From Octopus sinensis (taxonomy: Eukaryota): a stretch of 64,000 nucleotides of DNA. The notes below the pieces were generated by a model. The model did not search any database, was not told where the DNA came from, and saw nothing but the letters and a program-made list of their open reading frames with translations. The DNA lies in the NCBI RefSeq assembly GCF_006345805.1, contig NW_021832564.1, forward strand, positions 1 to 64,000. The letters are read 5' to 3'. The position numbers and the translations under genes are program-made. Shown here in pieces: positions 50,611 to 63,446 of the stretch (its first letter is position 1; the number at the start of each line of letters is the position of its first letter).

Positions 50611-51964
50611 TAGTCTGTGTGCGTGTCTGTGTGTGTGTGTGCATATATGTGAGTAGACAGTCTGGAGAAGACCAGTTAATATTCAAATATGTCTTAATAT
50701 CTAGCAGAGAACATCAATTTATGGCGTATAGGAAACCCAAGATCAGGCACCTTCATTACTAAATACATAAATTAATGCTTTATTTGATATATTTCCTCAA
50801 ATATATTTCTCTCTCCTCACTCGCTCTCTCTTTCTCTTTATATATATATACACGCACATGATGGAAATTTTAATTAAATGTTTGCCATATTAGTTCTATA
50901 TTAAGAGACATTCTATATTTCTAAAGAATTAAAATACCACAAATCATGGATCTAAGACACACTCATTCATACAATTATGGGAAAATTTTGGAAAAGATTC
51001 ATTGGGAAATGACGGTGTTGTTCCAGGACGAACAGACACCGGTGATTATAGATATAGACTATGAGAAATGAATTCGATGCGTAACTGATATGCGTTATCC
51101 CTTAGGAAGACAAACCCTAATGAAATTATCAAATTCCTTCTAGAGTTTAAAATTATCTACACTTTAACAAACCAAATCCTATTTGTATATTCACAAGTAG
51201 CACTCGGTAGACGCGTCGCCCTTATCCATAACAAAACAAACCAGTTATTTCCCTCTGTTGATGTGGGACTTGACATCGAGTGCAGTCTCATCTGATAACC
51301 AACCGATTCCTATTCATTCTTCTTTCCAATACAGCAGTGAAAGTAATAAACTTTCGACAGAGCGAATCTCAAATTAAATTTCTGTTCCTGGTTATGGCTG
51401 TTTCACTTAGCTTTTTCACATCCATCCACTCTTGGGAATAAATACACGGATTTGTACTTAAGAACTTCATTTCACAACTACACTCTTTCGGGTTCGATAT
51501 CCCGTCTGAAATTTATGGCAAACGTCTTATTTCATAACCTAGGGTCGACCAAAGATTTTTTTTAATTTAATCTTTTCATGACTCCCTTGGAAAGTTCATG
51601 GGTGTACAGTTAAGTGATTAATTTCACAACTACATGTTTCCGAGTTCGATATTTCTGTGTGATACCGTAGCAAGTTTCCTCTTTTATAACCTTTGATCGA
51701 CCAAGTCTTTGAAAATGAAATTTTCATGAACCGAAACCGTCAAGTAAACACCGTTTAAATCCTTTTCCTGGTTTTAATATCCGACTGCCCTTTGAGTACC
51801 TTTACAACTTACAAACAAACATACAGGCCAGAACTCCAGTTTGGGTATAACTCCTTTTCTTTCTCCCACAAGTTTCTAAGACCCTGAAAACAGTCGAAGT
51901 GTGCTGCCTCGCCACCTCTAATTAAACTGAACATGACCCTTAGTAGCTGATGATATGTGCATCT

Positions 51965-52320
51965 CTGACCACGAGCAGGAGTAGGGGCGGGCAGCATTAT
52001 AGCCATGTGTTGAGAAGAATTCTTTGGTGTTTGAATAATTCACCCCTGGAAACATAGGCGATTCGTTCATCATCCTTAAACAACCTTTTGAATGGGATGG
52101 GTTACTCGACCTGAAGAAATTTCTAACTGGGCCCCACCTTCAAGGTCATACATTGTTTAACTCTGATATGAGGTCACCATGTCACGCACTCATACTTGTG
52201 ATGCATGTGCCAGGTGTACCCTTATCAGACGGGTAGTCATGATGGATATATTGGGCTTCGTATATTTGAACACCCAGTGTCACTTTGATGGCATGCACTG
52301 CTCTCTCACTCAATAATAAT
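51965..52320 (+). repeat. Retroelement-like 3' end with (AAT) tail; partial second copy 52803-52931
   Basis: Shared ATAGCCATGTGTTGAGA..ATTCTTTGG.GTTTGAATAATTCACC.CTGGAAACAT. Confidence 0.7.
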
Positions 52321-52324
52321 ATTA

Positions 52325-52660
52325 TAGACAAAATTACCAGAATGTTGGCAATGGTGAGAGTAACTGTTATCCCAGTAGTTGTAGGGGGAAATCGGAACAC
52401 TAACAACTAGGTTCGAGTGATATGTCGGAGAAATTGGAATTGACATAAGGGCAGAGCAGGCCCAGAAAACTGCTCTTTTGGGGACAGCTTGGATTTTGAG
52501 ATTAGTGATTCGGTGTTAAGTGTCTTCCATGATAAATTAATATCCAAGTACCAAAGATTATAATTTGCGGGAAAAGGCCCTGTGAAACCTCTGACAACAG
52601 GTTGCTGTCCGCTCTCACAGAATCATCCAGAGCATGGAAGATCGAGAGCTCTGAGAAGCA
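52325..52660 (+). mobile_element. 3' end of an RLE-type (R4/HERO-like) non-LTR retrotransposon
   Basis: VTVIPVVVG..GT and QKTALLGTAWILRLV* match the conserved C-terminus; followed by an (AAT)/(GAT)n tail. Confidence 0.75.
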
Positions 52661-52733
52661 AAATAATAATGATGATGATGATAAGATGATGATGATGATG
52701 ATGATGATAATGATGATGATGATGATGATGATT

Positions 52734-52783
<50 letters not shown>

Positions 52784-52931
52784 AAAAATAATAATAATAA
52801 TTGATCATGAGCAGAAGTAGTGGGGGAGCATCATAGCCATGTGTTGAGAGGGATTCTTTGGGGTTTGAATAATTCACCTCTGGAAACATGGGTGTTTCGT
52901 TCAACATCCTTAAACAACCCTTATTCAGGGA

Positions 52932-53284
52932 CAAGTGTGTTCTACTATAGCCTCAGGCCGACCAAAGCCTTGTGAGTGGATTTGGTAGACGGAAACTGAA
53001 AGAAGCCCGTCGTATTTGTGTGTGTGTGTGTGTGTGTGGTGTGTGTGTGTGTGTGTGTGTGCGTGTGTGTGTGTGTGTATTTGTGTTTGTCCCCTCAACA
53101 TCGCTTGACAATCGATGCTGGTGTGTTTACATTCCCGTAATTTAGCGGTTCGGCAAGAGAGGCCGATGGAATAAGTACTAGGCTTACAAAGAATAAGTCC
53201 TGGGCGCGATTTGTTCCAATAAAGGCGGTGCTGCAGCATGGTCGCAGTCAGATGACTGAAACAAGTATAGGAGTAAAAGAGAGT
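52932..53284 (+). mobile_element. SINE family C, 5'-truncated, with internal (TG)n
   Basis: Matches C consensus. Confidence 0.85.
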
Positions 53285-53487
53285 TTAAGATGAAATAATG
53301 ATGCTGACCCTTTGAATTCCAAATAGACTCCTGAAGACAGTCGTCCACAGTTTCCCCTATATCCAATTACAAGATGTGGAGCTAACCGAGACTGTGTCCA
53401 GGGTAGAGCGTAAGGGAATCGAACTCAGAACATCGTGAGTACAGAATGACTTCTTAATTATTCGACCAACGGTTTATAATGCACATT

Positions 53488-53717
53488 ATAAGGCGGCGAG
53501 CTGGCAGAAACGTTAGCACGCCGGACGAAATGCTTAGCGGTATTTCGTCTGCGTTATGTTGTGAGTTCAAATTCCGCCGAGGTCGACTTTGCCTTTCATC
53601 CTTTCGGGGTCGATAAATTAAGTACCAGTTACGCACTGGGGTCGATGTAATCGACTTAATACCTATGTCCTTGTTTGTCCCCTCTGTGTTTAGCCCCTTG
53701 TGGGTAATAAAGAATTA
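53488..53717 (+). mobile_element. SINE family B, full length
   Basis: 17-bp TSD GGTTTATAATGCACATT (53471-53487, 53718-53734). Confidence 0.95.
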
Positions 53718-54078
53718 GGTTTATAATGCACATTCATAAAAAAAAAAGTCGCCAGTGAAAAGATACGAACCCACGACCTTTATAATTCCCTGTGGTCCGG
53801 TAACTTTTCCGCGTTTTGCATAACTCTATAATTCTGTGCGTTCTCTTGTTTTTGTTCTTTTCTTTTTTCTTTTTTTTTTTTAACGTTTCTGTGCGTTTTA
53901 CGATGGAAAAACGAAAACACCCTGAAAATAAATTACAGCAAATGGCGGAAAATATACAAAACCTTCGAAGCAAAGTGTGTGTGCGCACGTGCGTGTGTAT
54001 AGACGTATGTGCGGGTGTGGTGAGTTAGAGACAGGATGACGAGGAGGTATTTTTATGTAAAACTCCTGTTGCACTCAC

Positions 54079-54207
54079 ATGACCTTAAAGAAACTATATT
54101 GTTAGTACCCCCGCAGACTGGAGCCCATTCCAACCGTGGCAGTACAATGAAGTCTTTCAGATATTCAGTGCTCCTGGACACAATCCAAACATTGTTAGCA
54201 AGTTGGT
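54079..54207 (-). CDS. Candidate 129-nt symmetric phase-1 exon (DQLANNVWIVSRSTEYLKDFIVLPRLEWAPVCGGTNNIVSLRS)
   Basis: Acceptor TTATTTTCCGCAG, donor CAT|GTGAGT, one open frame; no partner exons found. Confidence 0.25.
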
Positions 54208-54410
54208 CTGCGGAAAATAATCTCTACTTAATATTGATTTCGTTCGTTGAAGTACAAGGAACTGTTTTGTTGCTGTCAGGATCTAAATAATGAACCAGCT
54301 AAATTCCATGTTGTTTAACCACAGGTCAGCGTTCAGCAAGCAGTTCTAGGTTCAGAAACATTGAGACTATGATCATACTGACCATCCACCTTTTTTCTGA
54401 ATCAGCGACT

Positions 54411-54800
54411 GGATGGAAGCACTCCGTCGGTAACGACGATGAGGGTTCCGGTTGATCCGAATCAACGGAACAGCCTGCTCGTGAAATTAACGTGTAAGTG
54501 GCTGAGCACTCCACAGATACGTGCACCCTTAACGTAGTTCTCGGGGATATTCAGCGTGACACAGAGAGTGACAAGGCCGGCCCCTTGAAATACAGGTACA
54601 ACAGAACCAGGAAGTAAGAGTGAGAGAAAGTTGTGGTGAAAGAGTACAGCAGGGATCACCACCATCCCCTGCCGGAGCCTCGTGGAGCTTTTAGGTGTTT
54701 TCCCTCAATAAACACTCACAACGCCCGGTCTGGGAATCGAAACCGCGATCTTATGACCGCGAGTCCGCTGCCCTAACCACTGGGCCATTGCGCCTCCACT
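54411..54800 (-). mobile_element. SINE family A, full length
   Basis: 13-bp TSD TGAATCAGCGACT (54398-54410, 54801-54813). Confidence 0.95.
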
Positions 54801-55683
54801 TGAATCAGCGACTACTACATCGTCCAATGTAGCCTTCTTTGTTTACAATGGTAAAGATTATTTGAGGAACATTGTATTATTATCGTTTATAATGGTTCGA
54901 CCAATCGTATCGAGGTTCCTTCATCGATTTTTATTCTTTTTGCTGTTTAATCACAGATCAGCCCTGATCAAGGACGTATATAACTAGAGACATTCCATGC
55001 AAGCCCATCCTAACTTCTTTTTATAAATTCCAAACCTTATTCTAAAAAGATGTCAAGATGAGATTTAAGGCAGATTTGGTTGCTATTTCTTGCAGGTTGA
55101 GCAACCACATAGCCGCTCCCTAGTTGGGTTAGCAAGGAGCCTACATCTGGCTGTAATGAGTTCTTTGCCACAAAAGTTAACATTGATGTCTCATATAAGA
55201 TCGTCTTATTTTCCATAGGTGGATATTGGCAGTTAAGTCGGCTGTAATCATTAAAAATCACTGCTAAATATTCTGGCCATCCATAGAAATGAATGTATGA
55301 ACTCAAAACTAATGGAGCCAAAGCTTGAAAGGCGACAATGGGTGGGATCTGGTGATTTGGCTGTTTGATACCTTATAAACTTAACCCAACGGATTAGTGG
55401 TTTTTCTCCCATCTACACAGGGACTTACAGGCAAATCGATCCCCAGTTCACGATTGATGCGTGTTTTATTGATCAAAGGAAAGTGGAGTTTAAAGAGAGT
55501 TAGTCTTTGGGAAGTTGAAGTCAGAGCATAGATATATGCAAGCGATTTTAAGTACGGTTTTACTGTATGGCACTTTGACTAAGTGTAGAAAACATTCAGT
55601 CAAAGTACCATACAGAAAGCCTGAGTGGAATTGGTAAACAGAAACCAAAAGAAACCCGTCGTGAGTATATATATATGTATATA

Positions 55684-56456
55684 TAAAGAAAACAGAAAAT
55701 GGAGAAATATTGATGAACAACAATTATTATTTAATAGGAGGCGCAATGGCCCAGGGGTTAGGGCAGCGGACTCGCGGTCATAGGATCGCGGTTTCGATTC
55801 CCAGACCGGGCGTTGTGAGTGTTTATTGAGCGAAAAAACCTAAAGCTCCACGAGGCTCCGGCAGGGGATGGTGGTGATCCCTGCTGTACTCTTTCACCAC
55901 AACTCTCTCTCACTCTTACTTCCTGTTTCTGTTGTACCTGTATTTCAAAGAGCCGGCTCTCTGTGTCACGCTGAATATCCCCGAGAACTACGTTAAGGGT
56001 ACACGTGTCTGTGGAGTACTCAGCCACTTACACGTTAATTTCACGAGCAGGCTGTTCCGTTGATTCGGACCAACCGGAACCCTCGTCGTCGTAACCGACG
56101 GAGTGCTTCCATTATTTAATAATTCAAAACAAAAAGACTGCATCCCATCTAACAGCTGTTTCTGCCTCTGATGCTGTATGATATTGTTATTGATATACTA
56201 AAAAGTATTTATCATATTTGGTAATAAAACCGATTTCTTTTATTTATTCTTCATTCTAGTGAAGCTCTATGTTTCAGACCGGCTTCATTACCAAATATGA
56301 TAAATATTTTTAGCATATCAAAGGCAGTACCATACAACATTCGAAACAGAAACGGCTGTTAGATGGGGTGCAGTCTATTTGTATTGAATTAATAAATAAT
56401 AATTGATTTAAGTCAATTGTTGTTCATCAATATTTCTCCATTTTCCGTTTTCTTTA
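55684..56456. mobile_element. Fold-back (palindromic) MITE interrupted by SINE A
   Basis: Left arm 55684-55736 plus 56111-56232 is the revcomp of right arm 56280-56456; 47-bp loop. Confidence 0.85.
55737..56110 (+). mobile_element. SINE family A, full length, small internal deletion
   Basis: 11-bp TSD ATTATTTAATA. Confidence 0.95.
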
Positions 56457-56624
56457 AATTTTGATTCTTGAAAAGACTCATGTTTATCCAGGTCTTCACC
56501 TATAATTTATGAGCATGATATGCTTGCATATGTATGCCTGAGGTTAAACATAGATAATATACCAGTAGTGTAATGGATACTTCTATCCCTTAGGCGGTTA
56601 CTTTAACCTCTAACTCAGCAAGCC

Positions 56625-56651
56625 TATATATATATATATATATTATATATG

Positions 56652-56683
<32 letters not shown>

Positions 56684-56696
56684 TGTATATATATGT

Positions 56697-56730
<34 letters not shown>

Positions 56731-56741
56731 ATATACATATC

Positions 56742-56800
<59 letters not shown>

Positions 56801-56953
56801 CATATATATATGTGTACATATATATATATGTATATATATATGTATGTATACATATATATATATACATATATATATATGTGTATATATATATATATGTATA
56901 TATATATGTATATATACATATATATATATATACATATATATATACATACATAT

Positions 56954-57039
<86 letters not shown>

Positions 57040-57040
57040 G
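56625..57040. repeat. (TA)-rich tract
   Basis: Read directly. Confidence 0.95.
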
Positions 57041-57114
57041 TCAGTTGATCATATATCCGGAAAAGCATAGAGCAGTAATGTATTCACAATGAGTTAAGTA
57101 TATGTCCGGTCATA

Positions 57115-57400
57115 GAGTGACCAATAGAGTGAACAAGAATTCTTAAAAACTCCCTGGACTCAAACCTCTCTTAAATTCTAGACATGAGAGCTATAGTCCC
57201 TGCTCCTATTTGAAGCGCTACATACTGCGAGCATGGGATTCCCCATCTGTTGATTATAGCCGGAAAAGTCCTCGCAGACTGGAAACAGCTTAAGGGCAGA
57301 GATTCCCTGTTGTTCGCCCCTTAAGTCCATTAGACTTGCCAAATGAACTGGTCTGAGGAAAATAACTCGTCCTGGGTTTACCTTAAACTATTGGTCACTC
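57115..57400. mobile_element. Small putative MITE with 13-bp TIR and TA TSD
   Basis: TA|GAGTGACCAATAG … CTATTGGTCACTC|TA. Confidence 0.55.
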
Positions 57401-57759
57401 TAAGACTTTAACTTCATGCAACTATACATACATACATACATACATACATACATACATACATACATACATACATACATACATACATACATACATACACACA
57501 CACACACGACGGGATTCTTTCAGTTTCTGTTTACATATCAAAACAGAAGACTGGAAGATGTTTTGCCATAGTCTCCTGTTTTGATGAGATTAATTTGCAA
57601 AAGCTATTTTCCCCGTATTTTTCAACTGTGATGCATACCAAACGCAATTATAACAATCTACAAATGGACTTTGGCGGATTGGAATACGCAGATGTGCTTC
57701 AAGAGGACACAGCATGGATCAAGACCCTATCTACACACTAAATATACAGAGAGATATGT

Positions 57760-57953
57760 GTTCTACCACCGCTTGACAGCCGGTGTTGGTTTGTTTGCAT
57801 TCTCGTAATCTAGCAGATCGGCAACAGAGACCGATAGAATAAATACCAGGCTTACAAAATAGTTCTAGAGTCGATGTGCTCGACTAAATCCTTCAACGCG
57901 GTGCCCCAGCATGGCCGCAGTGCAATGGCTGAAACAAGTAAAGAAATAAAAGA
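57760..57953 (+). mobile_element. SINE family C, diverged 3' half
   Basis: GCTTGACAGCCGGTGTTGG…GGTGCCCCAGCATGGCCGCAG…GAAACAAGTAAAG. Confidence 0.75.
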
Positions 57954-59166
57954 TATTCTTTTTTGGAGCCCCTGGCTTTTGGCGGAGAGGTAGGGTCACC
58001 TTCTTGACAAACGACGTGTTTTGAGTATTTGGAATCTGACGGGTTTATCCTCTCCAGGTTTAAAGAAGACAATTTCTTCCAAAGAGAAAAATAAAAGTAA
58101 AAAGAAGGAAAAAAAAGAATCGCCCTAGTATTTGACTGGTACTTTATTTATCGACTCTGGGGAGTTGAAAGACAAAAGTAACATGAGCGGGATATTAACA
58201 AAGATTCCATAGAATCGGAACCAACGCCGCAAAACATTCTATACCACAATCGAATAACTCGGTCAAATCACGCACGCTCACATTGTGTATGTATATCTGT
58301 GTGTGTGTACTCATGCACTCAATGTATGTATGTATGTATGAATGTATGTATGTATGTATGTATGTATGTATGTATGTATGTATGTATGTATGTATGTATG
58401 TATGCACGTATATGTATGTTAGTGAGTAAATATACATGTCGGTGGAGATGGAAAAAACAAGACTGATTGAAATATAATGACGAGGTTTATTACATTTGCA
58501 AAAATTATTCTACCATTTATCGACTTGAAATTGCCAATTTAAAAAAAAAACGGTCTGAATAAGGAATATAAAAAAAAAACTAAACTCTCAATATTTGCTT
58601 AATTAAGAAATGTCTACGGCGACATGTCCGTCGTCTATCAAATGAAATCATTTCCGAATATTAGAACAATAGAACAAAGCAATATAGAACTTCCTGCAGA
58701 TTATCTTAAGAAGGTCAAAGCGACATAGTTGTGGCTGAGCTTGTATTAAACAGAAAGTCGCTGTGCTGGGTGACGTCGTTTGGTTGTTCTGTTTCGGCGA
58801 ATGGCTAATCTTCATATCGAACGTCAGCTATTGATAACAGATGTGCTATCAACGAGATCCTACAGAGATTAGTTTTACTCTAAGTGCGAAGCATGATGCT
58901 GTGATTAAAAGAGCACATTTTTTTTCCTCATAAGCAGTAGCTAACTACTTTATTAAAACAAAATGATTGCCAGCTAATATTTCCTCCTTAACGAAGGATT
59001 AAATATGAAGGGTGTAGCGGGGAGAGCTTTAGTTCTTTAGATAAGGGGAAAAAAACGTGGAGGAAACTAAACAGTGATGAATTGTGGTTGTCGTCTGGAA
59101 ATTCAAACAGAAAATTTCGCTTTAAAGAATAGAGTTATCAATTCAGTGAATTATAATTACCATCTG

Positions 59167-59181
59167 TTAATAATAATAATG

Positions 59182-59275
<94 letters not shown>

Positions 59276-59310
59276 TTAATAATATAATAATAATGATAAT
59301 GATGATGATG

Positions 59311-59349
<39 letters not shown>

Positions 59350-59350
59350 G
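59167..59350. repeat. (AAT)n tract
   Basis: Read directly. Confidence 0.95.
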
Positions 59351-59699
59351 TTTATAGTGGAATGAGAATGATTTAGGATAAACAAAGAAGTAAATAGTGA
59401 ATTTTGTCTTTTTATTTTCTACTTCAAAATTTAACAAGGTTGAATGAAAATTTGGGAATGTTTTTATGTTTTTTTTTACCGAAGAGAAAGTGGAGGGAAA
59501 AATGTTTAAATGTGTCTATAATTTATTTGGAAACCGAATAACAGAGGTCTTTGTCGTATTTCCTGTTCAATAACATGATAACAAACGAGGAAGTGTTTAG
59601 GGGAAAGCCATTAAGAAGCAGATTGGCGCTCTAGAAGATTCGGGGTCAGGGTTGAGTTAGACATTAAAACTAAGGAGAAAGAAAAAAAACTACAGGCCC

Positions 59700-60400
59700 A
59701 ATTCCATTTGGCTCCAGAGATTTACAATGGGGCAGTTGCAGGGTGGAAGAAACCCCGCGGCATGGGAAAGACTTCCTCCTACCCCCCCTCTCCATTTACT
59801 TGCAAATTATTTGGGGGGGCCAAAAACGCACGTTTTCGGGTACGGAGATTTCGGAAAATTGCCAAAAATCGGTATTTTGAAATTTCTGGTCCCACTTCCC
59901 ACCCTTACCCCCCACCGAATTTCTTCGTTTTTCATTTTTTCCGTAACCCTAACCGTAACCCCAAAACACCAACCCTAACCCTAAAACCCTAACTCTAACC
60001 ATAACCCTAACTAGAAAAGTTTGGGGAAATTTTTTCGGCATATTTTGAAAAAAAACAAAAGAATTTCTGAAAAAATTTTAAAATGAAGAATGTAGGGGAT
60101 GGGGGAATTATAATTTCAAAATGGTGATTTTTACCAATTTTTTTGCAGATTCGTATTTTCCGTAGCCGTAAGTTGTGTAGAAAAAAAAGGGGGGTGTTTC
60201 TTGTGGGGAGGACAAAAGGAAGTCTTTGCCGCGGCATACTCCGCACAAAATGGCTGGACGTGATTAAGGAAAATCTCCAGAGACTCGACGTTATCTTGGA
60301 GGATGCAAAGGGTCTGGCACGGGGTCCGCCAGCGATGGGGGTGGACCTGTTCGGCTCCACGCACAATGATACAGTTGGGACCGCTAACCAGGGATGACCC
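59700..60400 (+). mobile_element. RTE-like LINE 3' fragment split by a MITE
   Basis: With the MITE removed it reads AGWKKPRGILRTKWLDVIKENLQRLDVILEDAKGLAR. Confidence 0.7.
59764..60228. mobile_element. Mutator-like fold-back MITE with a central telomere-like (CCCTAA)n tract
   Basis: Ends GGGAAAGACTTCCT / AGGAAGTCTTTG; TSD CCGCGGCAT (7-9 bp); imperfect subterminal inverted repeats; TAACCC repeats 59944-60011. Confidence 0.75.
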
Positions 60401-60612
60401 CCAGCCCCATCAAAGCAAGAGCATGACCTGAGCTGTCGGGAGTATTTCTTATTGCTTCTATTCCCACTGAGTCACCGAAATGTAATGTCCACGGCAATAA
60501 CAAACACAATTCCAGTGATTCAGGCCTAGGTTATCCAACTAAACATTATCTTCTTCCTCCTTTGCAGATCCAACCTCTTTTTTTTAAAACATGTTTAAGT
60601 ATTTACTTAAAT

Positions 60613-60614
60613 TT

Positions 60615-60657
<43 letters not shown>

Positions 60658-60685
60658 CATCATCAACATCATCATCAATATTATA

Positions 60686-60730
<45 letters not shown>

Positions 60731-60845
60731 GTTGTTGTTGTTGTTGTTGTTATTATTATTATTACTATTATTGTTATTATCATTCTTATTGCTATTATTA
60801 TTATCATTATTATTATTATTATTATATTATTATTATTATTATTAC

Positions 60846-60876
<31 letters not shown>

Positions 60877-60909
60877 TAGTTTTATTTTTATAGCGTGCTT
60901 TCACTTCAC

Positions 60910-60946
<37 letters not shown>

Positions 60947-61116
60947 GTTGTTGTTGTTGTTGTTGTTGTTATTATTATTACTATTATTGTTATTATCATT
61001 CTTATTATTATTATTATTATTATTATTTATTATTATTACTATTATTATTACTATTATTATTATTATTATTACTATTATTATTATTATTATTACTATATTA
61101 TTACTATTATTATTAC

Positions 61117-61155
<39 letters not shown>

Positions 61156-61181
61156 TATTATACTATTATTATTATTATTAC

Positions 61182-61213
<32 letters not shown>

Positions 61214-61397
61214 TATTACTATTATATTATATTATTATTATTGTTGTTGTGTTGTTGTTGTTGTTATTATTATTATTACTATTATTGTTATTATTATTAT
61301 TGTTGTTGTTGTTGTTGTTATTATTATTATTACTATTATTGTTATTATCATTCTTATTACTATTATTATATTATTATTATTATTATTATTATTACTA

Positions 61398-61428
<31 letters not shown>

Positions 61429-61579
61429 TATTATTATTTTATTATTATTATTATTGTTATTATTATTATTAGTATTATTATTGTTATTATTATTATTATT
61501 ATTATTATTGTTGTTGTTGTTGTTGTTGTTATTATTATTATTACTATTATTGTTATTATCATTCTTATTACTATTATTA

Positions 61580-61625
<46 letters not shown>

Positions 61626-61630
61626 TATGA
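60613..61630. repeat. Kilobase (TAT)/(TGT)/(CAT) compound triplet tract with higher-order duplications
   Basis: Marker CATTCTT at 60781, 60997, 61349, 61560. Confidence 0.95.
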
Positions 61631-62069
61631 CGCATTAAACTCCAGAAAATCGGTTACACGTCTTTGTGAGGGTGGCGACGGGGGTCCGGAATATTACTTA
61701 ACTCTGTTTTGTTTGTAACATTTTCTTTCTTAACACTTCATCAATTCGATGTGTTGTTCTTAGCGGAGTGTCTTTTTGTCAGCTTTCTCCTCCTCCTCCT
61801 CCTCCTCTTCCTCCTTCTTCTTCTTCTTCTTCTTCTTCTCTGTGTCTACCACACCCCCACACTAACCACTGCCACAATTCGCACCACCACCGCCACCACC
61901 CCACCACCACCACCGCCGCCACCGCTACCAACAACACTAATCCACCCACAGAACATCCCTCCTAACTAACATCAACCGAAATGACAGCGGATTATACGAA
62001 GTACTTTAAAGCATTACGCTGCAGCCCTATGTTTGTGTGTATGCGCTAATGTATGTGTTTATTTATGTA

Positions 62070-62174
62070 GGTGTGTGTGTGTGTGTGTGTGTGTGCGCAC
62101 GCGCGCGTGTGTGTGTCTGTGTCTGTGTGTGTCTCTGTGTGTGTGTGTGTCTGTGTGTCTGTGTCTGTGTGTCT

Positions 62175-62255
<81 letters not shown>
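62070..62255. repeat. (TG)/(TGTC) tract
   Basis: Read directly. Confidence 0.95.
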
Positions 62256-62257
<2 letters not shown>

Positions 62258-62982
62258 AAGGAGAGACGAAACTCAGAAAGCAGTTAGTTCATAGAAAATC
62301 TAAAAAGATCAAATCTTATTCTGCTTCACCTAATTTCCTCCTGGTTCCAGTCAGAGAAACGTTTGCGCCTTCAACTCCAGCAACAATAAATAAGGCTTTC
62401 TGGGTTGTCTTTAATTAATTTGCCAATCTTTATGGGGTTTTTCCCATCGGTTTTGCCAGAAGGTATGTGCAATGTTATTGAGCAATATACTTAATTGTCG
62501 ATCATTGAAACAAAAAAAAAAAGACATATAATGCAAAACAACGAAATGGCTTTAATGACAAATTAATAAATTATCATAACACACACACACCACCACCACC
62601 ACCACCAACGCCGCAGTCGCTGCAACCGCCGCCGCAATCTAAAATAATTGATTATTCTTTTTTTACTTTAATACTAAACAACAGACTAGCAAGGAGGATG
62701 GGTGTTTGTAGAACCAACAATCCTTATTTTATACCTTGTTATCTAACCTATCGATCCGTTTGCAAAATTTGAAATCAGAATATAAAGGGAAAGGAACGTT
62801 GAGATACCTAGTTCGACGATCTAACGTTTCGTAAATAATTAAATGAAATACGGGTACCTGTACCTAGGTGTAAATTAGTGTAGATTATAAGAAGTTCCGG
62901 GGTCATCTATGTACGGAAAGTCGATGTTGCAGCTGTTATAGATTTGCTTTTGTCTAATTTCTTACAATATGGAGTCCAATAT

Positions 62983-63370
62983 GTGGAAGCACTCCGTCGG
63001 TAACGACGATGAGGGTTCCGGTTGATCCGAATCAACGGAACAGCCTGCTCGTGAAATTAACGTGTAAGTGGCTGAGCACTCCACAGACACGTGCACCCTT
63101 AACGTAGTTCTCGGGGATATTCAGCGTGACACAGAGAGTGACAAGGCCGACCCCTTGAAATACAGGTACAACAGAAACAGGAAGTAAGAGTGAGAGAAAG
63201 TTGTGGTGAAAGAGTACAGCAGGGATCACCACCATCCCCTGCCGGAGCCTCGTGGAGCTTTTAGGTGTTTTCGCTCAATAAACACTCACAACGCCCGGTC
63301 TGGGAATCGAAACCGCGATCCTATGACCGCGAGTCCGCTGCCCTAACCACTGGGCCATTGCGCCTCCACA
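62983..63370 (-). mobile_element. SINE family A, full length
   Basis: 12-bp TSD GGAGTCCAATAT (62971-62982, 63371-63382). Confidence 0.95.
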
Positions 63371-63446
63371 GGAGTCCAATATAGTCATACTAACAAGATC
63401 CAGTTCGTTTTTAGTTGGGTTTAATAAGTCCACGTTTTGCATTGGA

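Noticed and set aside
59944-60011. True telomere or chromosome end
   Set aside because: Short, degenerate, interstitial and enclosed in a TSD-flanked element.
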